Origin: Klebsiella phage EI
Direction: 5' to 3' (one strand)
Sequence record: MN106245.1
Length of the DNA: 64,000 nt
Part shown: positions 50,363 to 61,457 of the stretch, piece after piece
Layout: the number at the start of each line of letters is the position of its first letter
Numbering within the stretch: the first letter of the stretch is position 1
The notes under the pieces: model-generated
Told to the model about the DNA's origin: nothing
What the model saw: the letters and a program-made list of their open reading frames with translations, nothing else
Databases searched by the model: none
Translations under genes and position numbers: made by a program

Positions 50363-50985
50363 TGGATAACCTTAAAGAACTCTTTGAGTCCGGTAATTTG
50401 GTGTACATGATTCTTCCCACACTTGCAAGAAATAGGAACTGCCAGCTGTATCTGTGGCTTCAGTAGCATATCTTTTATTTTCAGGACATCTTCGGTAGTT
50501 ATAGCAGAATAAAGGTCATCTATCTCTTGGTCTGATAAATCGTCAACAAAGATCTGCTCACCGTTAACAATAATGTAATCGATAGATTTAGCTATCATTA
50601 AAGCAATATCATTATCATCAAATAATTCAGGGTATTTGAACTGGATACGAAGTTCGCCTATGGAATACAAGAGATCGCTAGAGCCCATGATTTGAATACG
50701 GTTAGTATTAATTGGCACGTCGATTTCGTTGCCACACTCGCACACCCAGGTGGCTGTATGATTAACTTCACCTAATGAATGGGCCCACAGATTAACTAGA
50801 AGAAGTTCGGATTCATGTTTATTTAAGCCTTTAGCATTAGTACAATCTTTAATCAGCTGCTTAATCGTTTTATCAAGAACCTTATCAGCTTTAGCTTTTA
50901 TAAGATTCAAATATTCTTCTAGTGTAAACGCTCGGCAAGAAATATTTTTGCCATTTATAGTTAGGTCAAAATTATAAGTTGTCAT
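50359..50985 (-). CDS. 26: gp26 baseplate hub subunit
   Basis: 208 aa, the same length as T4 gp26. Confidence 0.8.
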   Translation of the reverse strand: MTTYNFDLTINGKNISCRAFTLEEYLNLIKAKADKVLDKTIKQLIKDCTNAKGLNKHESELLLVNLWAHSLGEVNHTATWVCECGNEIDVPINTNRIQIMGSSDLLYSIGELRIQFKYPELFDDNDIALMIAKSIDYIIVNGEQIFVDDLSDQEIDDLYSAITTEDVLKIKDMLLKPQIQLAVPISCKCGKNHVHQITGLKEFFKVIQ

Positions 50986-51005
50986 ATGTTACCTCTAGAC
51001 GTATT

Positions 51006-51013
51006 TATAAATA
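51006..51013 (+). promoter_or_regulatory. late promoter TATAAATA upstream of gene 51
   Basis: exact consensus, then RBS AAGAGGA. Confidence 0.55.
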
Positions 51014-51035
51014 CAATAAAATAAGAGGACTCCCT

Positions 51036-51794
51036 ATGGCTAATATCGTAAGGTGTGAATTACCAGACGGTGTTCATAGATTCTCTCCGTTCACAGTCTC
51101 TGATTATAGAGATTTTCTTCTGGTACGGAACGACATGAACACTAAGTCTCCAGAAGATCAAGAAAAACTTATTGAAGAACTCCAAAACGACTACTTCAGT
51201 GATATCCCTAAAGAATATAGAGCATTTGTGTTCTTAAAAGTCTATTTATCTAGCATAGGTAAGACTAAAATCCCGGTTAAGGTTGAATGCCCTAAATGTG
51301 GAAAAGCTAAAATGGTGCTGATTAATTTCCACCAAGAAGCAGTTGAGCTTCCTGTAGTCGAAGTGTCCGGGCTTCGACTTAAATTTAAGCATCCATCTAA
51401 AAACTATAAAGAAAACATAGCCGGGCTAGTAACAGAAAACATTTTGACCGTAGAAGATTCTAATGGGGTCTATCAGTGGTCTGAGCTGTCTACAGAAAAC
51501 AAAGTTCAAGTTGTTGAAGCTATTGATATAGAAACCTTAGAACTTATAATCAAAAAATTGAACATATTTGACTTTGTACTAAAATATTCGTGCTGCGATT
51601 CTCATGAGATCCATTACACTAATTTTATGGATATCTTTAAGCTTCTTCTGAACCCAGATGAAATATTTACATTTTATAAAATCAATCACTTGATAGTTAA
51701 ACAAGGCTACGATCTTTCGTCTATTATGAATATGATTCCTATTGAGCGAAGCATCACATTATCTCTGATTGAAAAGGACCTAGCACAAAAATGA
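51036..51794 (+). CDS. 51: gp51 baseplate hub assembly catalyst
   Basis: start at MANIVRCE after the promoter/RBS (ORF-track start 50979 rejected); 252 aa (T4 249). Confidence 0.75.
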   Translation: MANIVRCELPDGVHRFSPFTVSDYRDFLLVRNDMNTKSPEDQEKLIEELQNDYFSDIPKEYRAFVFLKVYLSSIGKTKIPVKVECPKCGKAKMVLINFHQEAVELPVVEVSGLRLKFKHPSKNYKENIAGLVTENILTVEDSNGVYQWSELSTENKVQVVEAIDIETLELIIKKLNIFDFVLKYSCCDSHEIHYTNFMDIFKLLLNPDEIFTFYKINHLIVKQGYDLSSIMNMIPIERSITLSLIEKDLAQK

Positions 51795-52933
51795 TTTCAC
51801 ACCGTCCCGGATTTCCAAATGTTAGTATTAAGCTTTATCAAAACTATGATAAGTGGCTTGATAATAGCTTCGTTGAACTCGGCGCCACATTTACCACCTT
51901 GACCATGAGAGATAGTTTGTCTGGTATTAATGAAGGTATGCTCCAGTTCTATGATTCTAAAAATATTCACAACAAGATGAACGGAGACCAAATTATTCAG
52001 ATCTCTGTTTCTAATAGCAATACATCGAGAACACAAACACGAATCTATGGAATAAAACATTTCACAGTTCGAGTCGATGATAAGGGCGATAATATTATAG
52101 CTATCCAGCTTAGTACGCTCCATGATATAATGAATTTGAAGTTCAGCCGTTGCTTCTTCAGTTCAGCTTATGAAACTCTGGTTGAAATGATAGGCGTGAT
52201 TTACCAAAAATATCCTAAGCTGGCTCCTCCTATAAACGGAATAAACACATATGTTCCTAGGATCCCTTGGACTTCTAATATAAAGGAATTCATGCAATAT
52301 ATCCGAGATGTAGGTCTATCTGTAGAAAGTGACCAGTTTGTTTTTGCTTGGGAAGACATAACAGGTATAAACATGATGGACTACAATGCGATGATTGCTC
52401 AGAACGCTGCATCTTTTGTTGTCGGCGCACCTCAGACTATTGGGCAATTCGCAGACCAGCTACCAGTATCTTTAGCTTGGGATTTTGAATGGCTTGTAAA
52501 AGCTAATGCTTATACTAGAAACCCATTCAAAGACGCTACATTCTATGCCCAGAGTTTTACAGACAAAGAAATCACAAAAATAACTGTAGGTGAAGGTTCT
52601 AATAGTATCTATATTAATAGAAGCGGCGGTTATTCAGAAATGATTTATCGTAATGGTTACGAAGAAGCTAACCGCATCGTTACTATGTCTCAGTACGATG
52701 GCTACGCGTCTGCTAAAATATATGGTAACTTTGAAGTGACCCCTGGGATGAAGTTAAACTTCTACGATCCTAAAGAACAGTTCCGTACTGATTTCTATGT
52801 TGATGAAGTTATCCATGAAGTTAGTAATAACCAGTCAATCACTAACATCTATATGTTTACTAACGGTTCTACTATCGAACCAGTTCAAATAGCGAAGGTA
52901 AAAAATGAACTTAAACGTGATTCTGCCTATTAA
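51791..52933 (+). CDS. 27: gp27 baseplate hub subunit
   Basis: 380 aa (T4 391). Confidence 0.8.
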   Translation: MISHRPGFPNVSIKLYQNYDKWLDNSFVELGATFTTLTMRDSLSGINEGMLQFYDSKNIHNKMNGDQIIQISVSNSNTSRTQTRIYGIKHFTVRVDDKGDNIIAIQLSTLHDIMNLKFSRCFFSSAYETLVEMIGVIYQKYPKLAPPINGINTYVPRIPWTSNIKEFMQYIRDVGLSVESDQFVFAWEDITGINMMDYNAMIAQNAASFVVGAPQTIGQFADQLPVSLAWDFEWLVKANAYTRNPFKDATFYAQSFTDKEITKITVGEGSNSIYINRSGGYSEMIYRNGYEEANRIVTMSQYDGYASAKIYGNFEVTPGMKLNFYDPKEQFRTDFYVDEVIHEVSNNQSITNIYMFTNGSTIEPVQIAKVKNELKRDSAY

Positions 52934-53432
52934 GAAAATTACAATTGATGGTATTGAAATTTCATTGCCTAAGCTTGGACTTAAGCACCACAACTTAATG
53001 AAAGAAGTAAAAATGCCGGACGAAAATCTGGCAATTCTTTTAGATTCTATTAAACCAGGTCTAGATGCCGTGCAAAGTGATATTGTTCTATTACAACTTT
53101 TGGCCTTTAACGGTAAGATTAAAGAAGAAGTTGAAAAGGATGGATTCACCTATCGCTTATCAGATGTGTACGGATGCCGTATATTAACACACCGTTTAAA
53201 CGGTCAAGAATATAAATTTAATGCCCCAGAAAGGTTTAGTAAATTCGGCTCGGCTGACGCAATTCTTGACAAGTATTTTTCTTCTGTAGATGGCAGAACA
53301 GAGAAGCCTGATTTTATGAAGCTTCCAGCATTCGTAATTAAATGGGTTGACGGTATCATTAATACCGTAGCTATTCCTGGCCCTAATGGCCCTATAAAAG
53401 GAATTGGCAATATAATAAGGCTCTTTGAATAA
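52905..53432 (+). CDS. 28: gp28 baseplate hub distal subunit
   Basis: 175 aa (T4 177). Confidence 0.75.
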   Translation: MNLNVILPIKKITIDGIEISLPKLGLKHHNLMKEVKMPDENLAILLDSIKPGLDAVQSDIVLLQLLAFNGKIKEEVEKDGFTYRLSDVYGCRILTHRLNGQEYKFNAPERFSKFGSADAILDKYFSSVDGRTEKPDFMKLPAFVIKWVDGIINTVAIPGPNGPIKGIGNIIRLFE

Positions 53433-55132
53433 TGGCTAGAAAAGTAAACAGTAAAACACAATCTCTGCGTCGGGTAATCGCCGACGCAGCACCACAAAAA
53501 CGTAACGAAGCACTACAAGAAGAACAAAACAATTCACTAGGCACTATTAATGGAACCCTTGAAGGGATCCAAGCTGCTGCTGAAATGGGTGCCGAAGCTA
53601 CAGAGAATGGTCTTGCTAATGTAGGAAATTCTTTATCCGATACTAATGCTGGCATCGAACTTCAATTAGATGAATTAAGTGCTCTTAATACCACAGCCTC
53701 TTTAATAAGTGACAGAATCAATAAATTGGCTGAAAAACTAGGAGTAAAAGTCGAACAAGCCACTCCGCAGACAGCAAATGTTCCGTCTGTCGAGGTTGTA
53801 CAGGATTCTATTCCTGAGCCGGTTCCGGAGATTCCATCGTTAGACGATCTTCTTCAAGACCTTATTCCGCCGCATGAAAACAGACGTCCAGATTCTGATG
53901 TATTACCACAGGAAGAACCTAAAGTAATTCCAAAAAAGGAAGATGACGAAAAGAAAAAGAAGGATGATACAGACCTTCTTAAAGCCCTTTTAGATACCAC
54001 TAAAGCCGGATTTAAGAAATCAATTTCGTTAACTGACAGAATTTCCAGTATGCTCTTTAGCTATACTGTGTCCGCTGTTGCTAATATGGCCAAAACAGCC
54101 GCTATGGTTTTAGCTTTGATTATGGCTATTGATATTATCAAAATCCATTTCAAATATTGGACCGAACTGTTCAAATCAAATTTTGAAGAGTTCACTAAAT
54201 TGGCCGGGACTTGGGCTCCTATATTAACATCTATCAGCGAAATGGCTCAAAGCATTCAAGATACTTTTAATGAAGGTTCTTGGTTAGGATTAGCTGAAGC
54301 TATTGTTAAAGGTCTTGTCGGCGTTTTAGATACTTTAGGCGAAACAATTATGTTTGGTCTTTCTAAATTGGTTGCTGCTGTTCTTAGTAAAGTTCCTGGT
54401 ATGGGCGATGCCGCTGATAATATTCGCGGTTCTGCTGCAGATCGTTTCCAGTATCGTACTGGTGCCGAACTTTCTGAAGAAGACCAAGATTACGTAGCTA
54501 AATATAAAGATAATCAGCGCTTGAAAGAAGAGCAGGATTCTCCGATGGAACGTAAAATTACTGCTTGGGGCGATAGATATTTACTTGGTAAGATTGATGA
54601 TGCTGAATACGAAAAACGTATGAAATTAGCTGATTCTGATACTAAAGACCCGGCCTTTGAAGGTAAAACCCGTGAACAGCGCTTAGAAATGTATAAAGCC
54701 CAAGGCAAAATGCAGGCTGAATTAAAAAGAACTTCTGAATATGCTCAGAACACTCGACCTGAAAATACCGAGCGTATGGAGTCTGCCGCTAACGCTGTTG
54801 CTAAAGCTTCTAAGAACTTCGAAGAGTTCAAGAAGAATAACCCTAGTTTAGCTAAAGAACTAGAGCCTCAGTATCGCTTTATGCAGGATGAGTGGAACAA
54901 AAAACGATTCCCGACTGTTAGTCCAGAACCGACAGAAGACAAGCAAGAATCTCAGCAAGTTAAGGTTATTGAGAAAATCGAAGCCCAACATAAAGTTGGT
55001 GATAAACTAGCTTCTCAAGCTTCTGTGAATGTTAACACAGCCATTAACAAAAATAACACTACCGTTATGCCTATGCAGCCGGTTACTAGTTCTCCAGCTC
55101 CAGGTATGGTCGGATTTACAAAATCTAATTAA
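53432..55132 (+). CDS. 29: gp29 tail tape-measure / baseplate hub protein
   Basis: 566 aa (T4 590). Confidence 0.8.
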   Translation: MARKVNSKTQSLRRVIADAAPQKRNEALQEEQNNSLGTINGTLEGIQAAAEMGAEATENGLANVGNSLSDTNAGIELQLDELSALNTTASLISDRINKLAEKLGVKVEQATPQTANVPSVEVVQDSIPEPVPEIPSLDDLLQDLIPPHENRRPDSDVLPQEEPKVIPKKEDDEKKKKDDTDLLKALLDTTKAGFKKSISLTDRISSMLFSYTVSAVANMAKTAAMVLALIMAIDIIKIHFKYWTELFKSNFEEFTKLAGTWAPILTSISEMAQSIQDTFNEGSWLGLAEAIVKGLVGVLDTLGETIMFGLSKLVAAVLSKVPGMGDAADNIRGSAADRFQYRTGAELSEEDQDYVAKYKDNQRLKEEQDSPMERKITAWGDRYLLGKIDDAEYEKRMKLADSDTKDPAFEGKTREQRLEMYKAQGKMQAELKRTSEYAQNTRPENTERMESAANAVAKASKNFEEFKKNNPSLAKELEPQYRFMQDEWNKKRFPTVSPEPTEDKQESQQVKVIEKIEAQHKVGDKLASQASVNVNTAINKNNTTVMPMQPVTSSPAPGMVGFTKSN

Positions 55133-55141
55133 GGATTCTTT

Positions 55142-56197
55142 ATGTTTTTCGAAGAATTAAAAGATGGGCTAGAGAATATTAAGAAATCCGGTTCTAAGAT
55201 TTCTCAAGGTACATCTAAGCACACTTTAAAAAATGCTGCCAGCACCGTGACGGCTCAATACCCGGCAGAACGTTCTGCCGGGAACGATTCAAGTCAAGAT
55301 ATGAGAGTTCATGATTTGTATCAGAACGGGCTTTTGTTTACTGCATACGATTTTAAATCTCGTGTTTCTCCAGATTTACGAGATTTCCGAAGTGCTGTTA
55401 GTAAATCATCTGTTTTTGATGCTCCGGAAAAAACTAACACCGGCTCCCAGAGACTTTCTAAAGCCCCTGTAGCTAACATCCTGTTGCCTAAGTCTAAGTC
55501 TGATGTAGATTCTGTGTCTCACAAATTTAATGATGTAGGCGAATCCCTGATCACACGAGGCGGCGGCTCTGCTACCGGTGTTTTAAGTAATGTGGCTTCT
55601 ACCGCTGTATTCGGCGGGTTGGAATCTCTAACCCAAGGAGTGATGGCAGATAAAGGGGAACAAATCTATAATACTGCCCGCAGTATGTATGCTGGTGCAG
55701 AAAATAGAACTAAGGTTTTTACTTGGGATCTTACGCCAAGAACTCCTCAAGATCTTATTCAAATTGTTAAAATCTATGAGATCTTTAACTATTATTCTTA
55801 TGGTGCCACAGGAACATCAGACTTTGCTAAAGAAGTTAAAGAACAAATAGATGAATGGTATAAAAGCACTTTAGAGTACGCCACTCCGGAAGGGTCCTCT
55901 AAAAGCGGGACTATGTTTGAGTCTATTACTTCTTTCCTTACTAATGTAATTGTTGTAAGCAACCCAACTATTTGGACGGTTCGTAACTTCGGATACACTA
56001 GTTCTTATGACGGGAGAGAAGATATATTCGGGCCTTGCCAAATTCAAAGTCTTAGGTTCGATAAAACCCCTAATGGTCACTTCAATGGTCTGGCTATTGC
56101 TCCTAACTTGCCTAGCACTTTTACCCTTGAATTAACCATGAGAGAAATCTTGACTTTGAACCGTAGTTCTCTATATTCTAAAGGATTCCAATCGTAA
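55142..56197 (+). CDS. 48: gp48 baseplate tail-tube junction protein
   Basis: 351 aa (T4 364). Confidence 0.8.
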   Translation: MFFEELKDGLENIKKSGSKISQGTSKHTLKNAASTVTAQYPAERSAGNDSSQDMRVHDLYQNGLLFTAYDFKSRVSPDLRDFRSAVSKSSVFDAPEKTNTGSQRLSKAPVANILLPKSKSDVDSVSHKFNDVGESLITRGGGSATGVLSNVASTAVFGGLESLTQGVMADKGEQIYNTARSMYAGAENRTKVFTWDLTPRTPQDLIQIVKIYEIFNYYSYGATGTSDFAKEVKEQIDEWYKSTLEYATPEGSSKSGTMFESITSFLTNVIVVSNPTIWTVRNFGYTSSYDGREDIFGPCQIQSLRFDKTPNGHFNGLAIAPNLPSTFTLELTMREILTLNRSSLYSKGFQS

Positions 56198-57114
56198 TGT
56201 ATACTTTAGATGAATTCGTGGCACAGGCTGCTAATAGTGATTTTCAGAGAACTAACATGTTCTCTGTTATTTTTGCTACAGCGCCATCGAGTAAAACTCA
56301 GACTCTACTAAATGAATTTGGTGGGGAACTTTATAATAACGTAGGTCTTAATGACAACTGGCTTGGATTAACACAAGGTGAATTTACGAGAGGTGTTACA
56401 TCTCTTATTACTGCCGGGACCCAGCGATTGGTTAGAAAATCAGGCGTAAGTAAATTTTTGATAGGAGCCATGACTCAACGCACCATCCAATCGTTATTAG
56501 GGGAATTCACTGTAGGGACCTATCTGCTTGATTTCTTTAATATGGCTTTCCCTACTACAGGATTATTGATTCATTCAGTTCAGATTCCTGAAAATAGGTT
56601 AGCCCATGAAATGGACACCTTCCATAACAGCCCTAACATCAAAATTACAGGACGAGAATATGCTCCGTTGGTTATAACATTCCGTATGGATTCAGAGGCC
56701 AGTAATTTCCGAGCTATGCAAGATTGGGTAAATGCAGTTGAAGACCCTGTAACAGGATTAAGAGCATTGCCTTCTGATGTTGAAGCGGATATCCAAGTTA
56801 ACTTGCATGCCCGTAATGGATTACCTCACACGGTGTGTATGTACACAGGATGCATCCCTGTGGGCGTCAGTGCACCCCAATTTAGCTATGAAGATAATAA
56901 TCAGATAGCTACATTCGAAGTCACCTTCGCTTACAGAGTTGCACAGATCGGTGCCGTCGGTAAACAAGCTGCGATGGATTGGTTAGAAGATAAAATTGTT
57001 CAGAAGATTGATACTATTAACCCAAATCTAAGTGCTCAAGGATTAGGTAGTATTTCAAGTAGATTAAGCCGTGTTGCAGGCGTTGGGAATGGACTTAGTA
57101 AGATTTTAACCTAA
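56197..57114 (+). CDS. 54: gp54 baseplate tail-tube initiator
   Basis: 305 aa (T4 320). Confidence 0.8.
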   Translation: MYTLDEFVAQAANSDFQRTNMFSVIFATAPSSKTQTLLNEFGGELYNNVGLNDNWLGLTQGEFTRGVTSLITAGTQRLVRKSGVSKFLIGAMTQRTIQSLLGEFTVGTYLLDFFNMAFPTTGLLIHSVQIPENRLAHEMDTFHNSPNIKITGREYAPLVITFRMDSEASNFRAMQDWVNAVEDPVTGLRALPSDVEADIQVNLHARNGLPHTVCMYTGCIPVGVSAPQFSYEDNNQIATFEVTFAYRVAQIGAVGKQAAMDWLEDKIVQKIDTINPNLSAQGLGSISSRLSRVAGVGNGLSKILT

Positions 57115-57118
57115 AAAA

Positions 57119-57136
57119 GGGAGCCTCACGGCTCCC
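57119..57136. terminator. hairpin GGGAGCCTCACGGCTCCC (identical to 21309-21326), bidirectional
   Basis: perfect stem between convergent genes. Confidence 0.6.
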
Positions 57137-57145
57137 TTAGGGGGT

Positions 57146-57529
57146 TTATTTACGGAAACCAAAAAACGCGGTAGAAGTGGCGATTAAACCGGTTTCATCA
57201 GCAACCTGAATTTGTACCGGAGCTTCAGATTCAAGCTGGCCAGATATAATACCATCAAAGATAGTGTCTGTTTGGTCCGGGTTGGTAAAGTTCTGCATCG
57301 GGGCGAAAGCAAAGAGTTTATCGCCATAGACTTTCTGCAGCTCTTTTACTACAACTTCATTAAACTGCTCTGAAGCAGGGATAACGTCATCGATAGAAGC
57401 TTCGATACCATTTAAACGGATGAATGAACGCATTTTGATTTCCTCATTTGTATGTTGTAATAAGACTAATACCACATCCATGCGGTGTTGTAAACTAGCC
57501 TTGTACAAATTTTTCCGGGGTATCTTCAA
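57146..57529 (-). CDS. hypothetical protein (alt.-1-like position)
   Basis: ORF track. Confidence 0.45.
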   Translation of the reverse strand: MKIPRKNLYKASLQHRMDVVLVLLQHTNEEIKMRSFIRLNGIEASIDDVIPASEQFNEVVVKELQKVYGDKLFAFAPMQNFTNPDQTDTIFDGIISGQLESEAPVQIQVADETGLIATSTAFFGFRK

Positions 57530-59639
57530 TATCGATAAACGAAGCCAAGATGCTAAGGATGTCCCGTTTAGTAGTCAAGAACGTAGAAGCACTGATATCA
57601 GTATCTTCGCCGTCAACAGTAACGATAGTACCAGAACCTACCGGAACCAGTTCACCGGATTCTACCAGAACATCGCCGTCATAAACAACCATAGATTCTT
57701 CAATTTGGTCTGAAGTCATAACCTCAGCCTGAATGAATTTTTGGTTATCATGTACTATGCCGTCAGAATAAGATGCATCTACAATCTTATTAATTTGAAG
57801 CATAGTCCCTCGCGGCAAGATAACTTCCATTTCACCAGACATATTACTTAAGTCGCCTGGATAAACGACGTTGGTTTTATGGCCGCCTTCAATAGCCCAA
57901 CCGATCATAACTTTATTAAGTTCGGCCTGCTTACGGTTATCGACAACCTCACTTTCGCCATTAGTATCTACCTCGGCGTTAAGCCAACTGGCCGGTTTAA
58001 CTGTTTCTGCGCTATTGCCAGGAGTGTTTAAAACAGCCCTAGTATTATCTGAAGTCATTGCTACAGATTGATTACCTTTCCAGCCACCAAAAATAATAGG
58101 CATCAAAGACGTCGAAACGTAGTTTCGGAAATAAAATACCCTATTTTTAACAAGAGATTCAAAAATAGGCTGACGAACAGTCTGAGAGCGCCATAAAGTA
58201 AGTCCTTCTGGTAAACGGTCACCTTTCTTAAATGCATCATCAAGATTTTTAATAGCCGTTGTAACTTCTTTAGCGCTTAATGTATCATAGTTGTCTTCTG
58301 TATATCTTCCAAGAAGCATATTATTGATACCAGTGTACCCAGAACCTACGTATTCTCTAATTCCGCGCTTTTCTGCAGGAGTATACTGGGCAGGACTGCG
58401 AGTCATTGTAATTAACTCAATTCCTGAAGAAACATTTTTGGCATACCCTTGGAGAGCTGATTTGATTAATTTAGTCCGTTCGATGTTCCAAAGATTTCTG
58501 GCCATAGCTTCGCGTTCAGACTGTTCCAGGTACTCTGGAGTACGAGACATGATGTGTTCCATGGCCTCGTATTCACGTTCGGCTAAAGCATCTAAAAGAG
58601 TCTGGGCATAAGCCTGCATGCTCTTAACAGAAGTTAACGGGGCATCGCCGATTCTTTTAATAAGCTCTTTAGAGAAATACTCTTCAAACTGATCTCGTTC
58701 ACTTAGTTTAATAGTAATTAAAGAGCTTAATTGGAAAGCTGCACCGGATGCCGCTAATTTTGCGGATTGGGCTCTAGAAGCTTTAGAACTGACAGAGTCT
58801 AATATTTGGGCTGCTTCAGGAATTTCCTGAGCAGTACTAGGCTTAATGAATTCTATAGCAGAAGCTTCATATTCTTCAAACTTAGAAGGGTCCATAATCA
58901 CATCAGTAGAAAGAGCCTGGCTAGCAGCAACTTGTCGACGAGAAATTTTAGTACGACGAATAACAGCGATATCTGTACGAGTTTTCTCTACCTCGGCAAT
59001 AGAGCCGGCGATAGCTTCATCTTTAGTGACTTGAATACCGTCTTTCTTGGATACCCATACATCGCCTACGGCAGAATCAACTTTAGTATATAGCTCAGTA
59101 TTGATACCAGGAATCCCAGAGATGTCCTCTAAGGGTTTATTTTTACGGTAGATAAGAATATATGTATGTTTACCGGTAAAGTTATAGAGAGCATCCAGGA
59201 CTTTAAATTTACCACCAGTGCGGGACATACACAGACGAGCAATAAGACGTTGCAGAACAGGACCTTGGCCTTTCATCTTTTTAGTCGGGAACCGGAACAT
59301 CACAGCATCCATTCTTAGCTGTTTTACTTGCTCATAAACAGTATCAAAAATTGTATTAATCGCCCCGATTGGATTACTACCCAAGCCACCTTTAAGCTCG
59401 GCTGGGGCCCCTTTAGCACTAAGAGACATTAAAATTAAATGGGCGTATTTGTCACCCATTTTAACCTGTTTAATAGCATCGCCTTCAGATTGGTATGATA
59501 CCATTCTAGCTACTAAGTTTTCATTTCCAGGTACTTTAATAGCCCAGATCTGTGGTACTTTAGATTTTAAATTCAAGTTCACGACAGGATAGTTCTTATC
59601 ACTATCAGAGTCGAAAACTTCGTTAAGTTGTTCAGACAT
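57495..59639 (-). CDS. alt: Alt ADP-ribosyltransferase (injected with the DNA)
   Basis: 714 aa (T4 682); located between 54 and 30 as in T4; ART-like R..STS..E region near the YVGSGYTGINN block. Confidence 0.8.
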   Translation of the reverse strand: MSEQLNEVFDSDSDKNYPVVNLNLKSKVPQIWAIKVPGNENLVARMVSYQSEGDAIKQVKMGDKYAHLILMSLSAKGAPAELKGGLGSNPIGAINTIFDTVYEQVKQLRMDAVMFRFPTKKMKGQGPVLQRLIARLCMSRTGGKFKVLDALYNFTGKHTYILIYRKNKPLEDISGIPGINTELYTKVDSAVGDVWVSKKDGIQVTKDEAIAGSIAEVEKTRTDIAVIRRTKISRRQVAASQALSTDVIMDPSKFEEYEASAIEFIKPSTAQEIPEAAQILDSVSSKASRAQSAKLAASGAAFQLSSLITIKLSERDQFEEYFSKELIKRIGDAPLTSVKSMQAYAQTLLDALAEREYEAMEHIMSRTPEYLEQSEREAMARNLWNIERTKLIKSALQGYAKNVSSGIELITMTRSPAQYTPAEKRGIREYVGSGYTGINNMLLGRYTEDNYDTLSAKEVTTAIKNLDDAFKKGDRLPEGLTLWRSQTVRQPIFESLVKNRVFYFRNYVSTSLMPIIFGGWKGNQSVAMTSDNTRAVLNTPGNSAETVKPASWLNAEVDTNGESEVVDNRKQAELNKVMIGWAIEGGHKTNVVYPGDLSNMSGEMEVILPRGTMLQINKIVDASYSDGIVHDNQKFIQAEVMTSDQIEESMVVYDGDVLVESGELVPVGSGTIVTVDGEDTDISASTFLTTKRDILSILASFIDIEDTPEKFVQG

Positions 59640-59699
59640 AATTATTCCCCTTATAAGATACTACTATTTATGCCAAAAAGGCTCCAGAAGGCTCCTTAA

Positions 59700-61178
59700 T
59701 TAGAACGGCCAATCGCCAAACACCTCTTCAAAGGTATCAGCTTTTTCTTTATCAAATCGCCAACCTTTAATAATTGGTAAAAACAAGCCTACAGTTCCGT
59801 CTTTACGGCCTTTAGAAGTCGTCCAGCCATTACATTCACAATCGGCAATACGGTCAATTAACTTACCAGCAATAGCATCTTGCATCAGAGATTCACGGTC
59901 AAGTTCGCCACGTTGGTCGATAGGAATCAGAATCCATTCACCATCAATTTTCTTATGGGTTGTATCTGTGAAACCTGAACCACAGTCAGTAGTAATACGT
60001 CCACATTCAGAAGCTAGGTTAACACCACCAATTTTATTCGGATCTTTAGAGTGAGCATAGTACCCAGTAACTCGTAAAGCAATATCTATTACTGCTTTGA
60101 ACTTAAACTGGTTCTTAGAGCGAGCATCTTCCCACAGGCCATCTGTATTCTTAAGAATGATGCCTTCTAAGCCCTGGTCACGGTATTTCTGGTAAACGGC
60201 TCGAGCTTCTTCAAGGCTATTAACCAAATGATTTTCGATAAGAACAATCTGGCTGAAGGATTCAGCCATAAGTTCTAATGCACGGAAACGTACATCGTAC
60301 TTAAAGCTCTTGAGTTTACCTTCAGAATAAATTACATCTAGAGGAACGTAATCCCAGACCTGGAATTTCATACCTTCGGCTTCTTCAGGAGTAATTGTGC
60401 CCTTCAGAGATTTGTTTGCTAACCCATTTGAAGTGCTGCGGTCAGCAACAGTTTCTTCTTGTTCTTCAACAACGTCGCCGAACAGGAAGTCAAGAGAATC
60501 TTTCTCTTTGAAATTGGCCGGGGCATGATAAACTAGCTCACCATCAATCATTACACCGCCAGGGTGTTTCTCGCGGGCTTCTTTAGTCATTTCCATTAGC
60601 TGTTCAGCCAATTTATCTAGATCTAAATAATTGTTACCAGAGCGAGAAAAGAACAAAACCCCATCATCACGTACTTCAGCAAAGCACCGTGCACCGTCAG
60701 CCTTTAGCTGAGCATACGCTGGAAACTTAATATGCTTTTTAATTTTGGCTTCGTCAAAAGATGAAGCCAACATCTGTGGGTACTCAGGAACTAGGTTTTT
60801 CCAGGTTTTATTAGCAATCGTTGTACCTGTGCCACATTCAAGGTCCCGCATCAGAACACGGCGTAAAACTTCTATAATTTCCGGAGAACCATCTGCGATA
60901 TACGAGGCTAACTCAGCAATGGCCGCATTACCTGTTACCTTTCTAGGAGCTAAAGTAAACTCTGCGAAATCCAAGCAATCTTCTAAAGTTAAAAGGCCCG
61001 CGGCTTGTGTGGGTTCACCGGCCTGTGGCCATTTTTTGATACCATAGTTCAAACGACGAGAATACGCCATTCTGAATACACGCTTCAGAAGTTCGTTATT
61101 CTTTTCGCGATTCATAATCGCTTTCTTTTCGTTAGTTGAATCCGTAGCAGCAAGTTCGTTAAGGATATCTAAAATCAT
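59700..61178 (-). CDS. 30: gp30 ATP-dependent DNA ligase
   Basis: 492 aa (T4 487); adenylation motif KADGAR. Confidence 0.9.
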   Translation of the reverse strand: MILDILNELAATDSTNEKKAIMNREKNNELLKRVFRMAYSRRLNYGIKKWPQAGEPTQAAGLLTLEDCLDFAEFTLAPRKVTGNAAIAELASYIADGSPEIIEVLRRVLMRDLECGTGTTIANKTWKNLVPEYPQMLASSFDEAKIKKHIKFPAYAQLKADGARCFAEVRDDGVLFFSRSGNNYLDLDKLAEQLMEMTKEAREKHPGGVMIDGELVYHAPANFKEKDSLDFLFGDVVEEQEETVADRSTSNGLANKSLKGTITPEEAEGMKFQVWDYVPLDVIYSEGKLKSFKYDVRFRALELMAESFSQIVLIENHLVNSLEEARAVYQKYRDQGLEGIILKNTDGLWEDARSKNQFKFKAVIDIALRVTGYYAHSKDPNKIGGVNLASECGRITTDCGSGFTDTTHKKIDGEWILIPIDQRGELDRESLMQDAIAGKLIDRIADCECNGWTTSKGRKDGTVGLFLPIIKGWRFDKEKADTFEEVFGDWPF

Positions 61179-61450
61179 TTAATTCGCCTTCCGTTATAAG
61201 TAGTCTTATTATAAGCTACTTCTTCCAGAAGCAGATCTAGCTTCTTATGATAAGTAATCATAGCTCTCTGGCCATTAACTGTATCGCAGAGGTATTCGCT
61301 TATATAAATGAACCCTTGTTCAATGCACTGTTTAAAGATTTCTTCATCTTTAGCTTGCCTGAACAGTGGATTTTCGCGAAAGAACATATTAACGTGACCG
61401 AAGTCACGTGTACTATGTTTTCCATCAATAAGAGTGTGAACTACAAACAT
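61175..61450 (-). CDS. 30.1-like hypothetical protein
   Basis: ORF track; synteny. Confidence 0.5.
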   Translation of the reverse strand: MFVVHTLIDGKHSTRDFGHVNMFFRENPLFRQAKDEEIFKQCIEQGFIYISEYLCDTVNGQRAMITYHKKLDLLLEEVAYNKTTYNGRRIK

Positions 61451-61457
61451 AGTTACC

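Noticed and set aside
50979-51035. Extended N-terminus of gp51
   Set aside because: The late promoter and RBS lie inside the extension; the start is reassigned to 51036.
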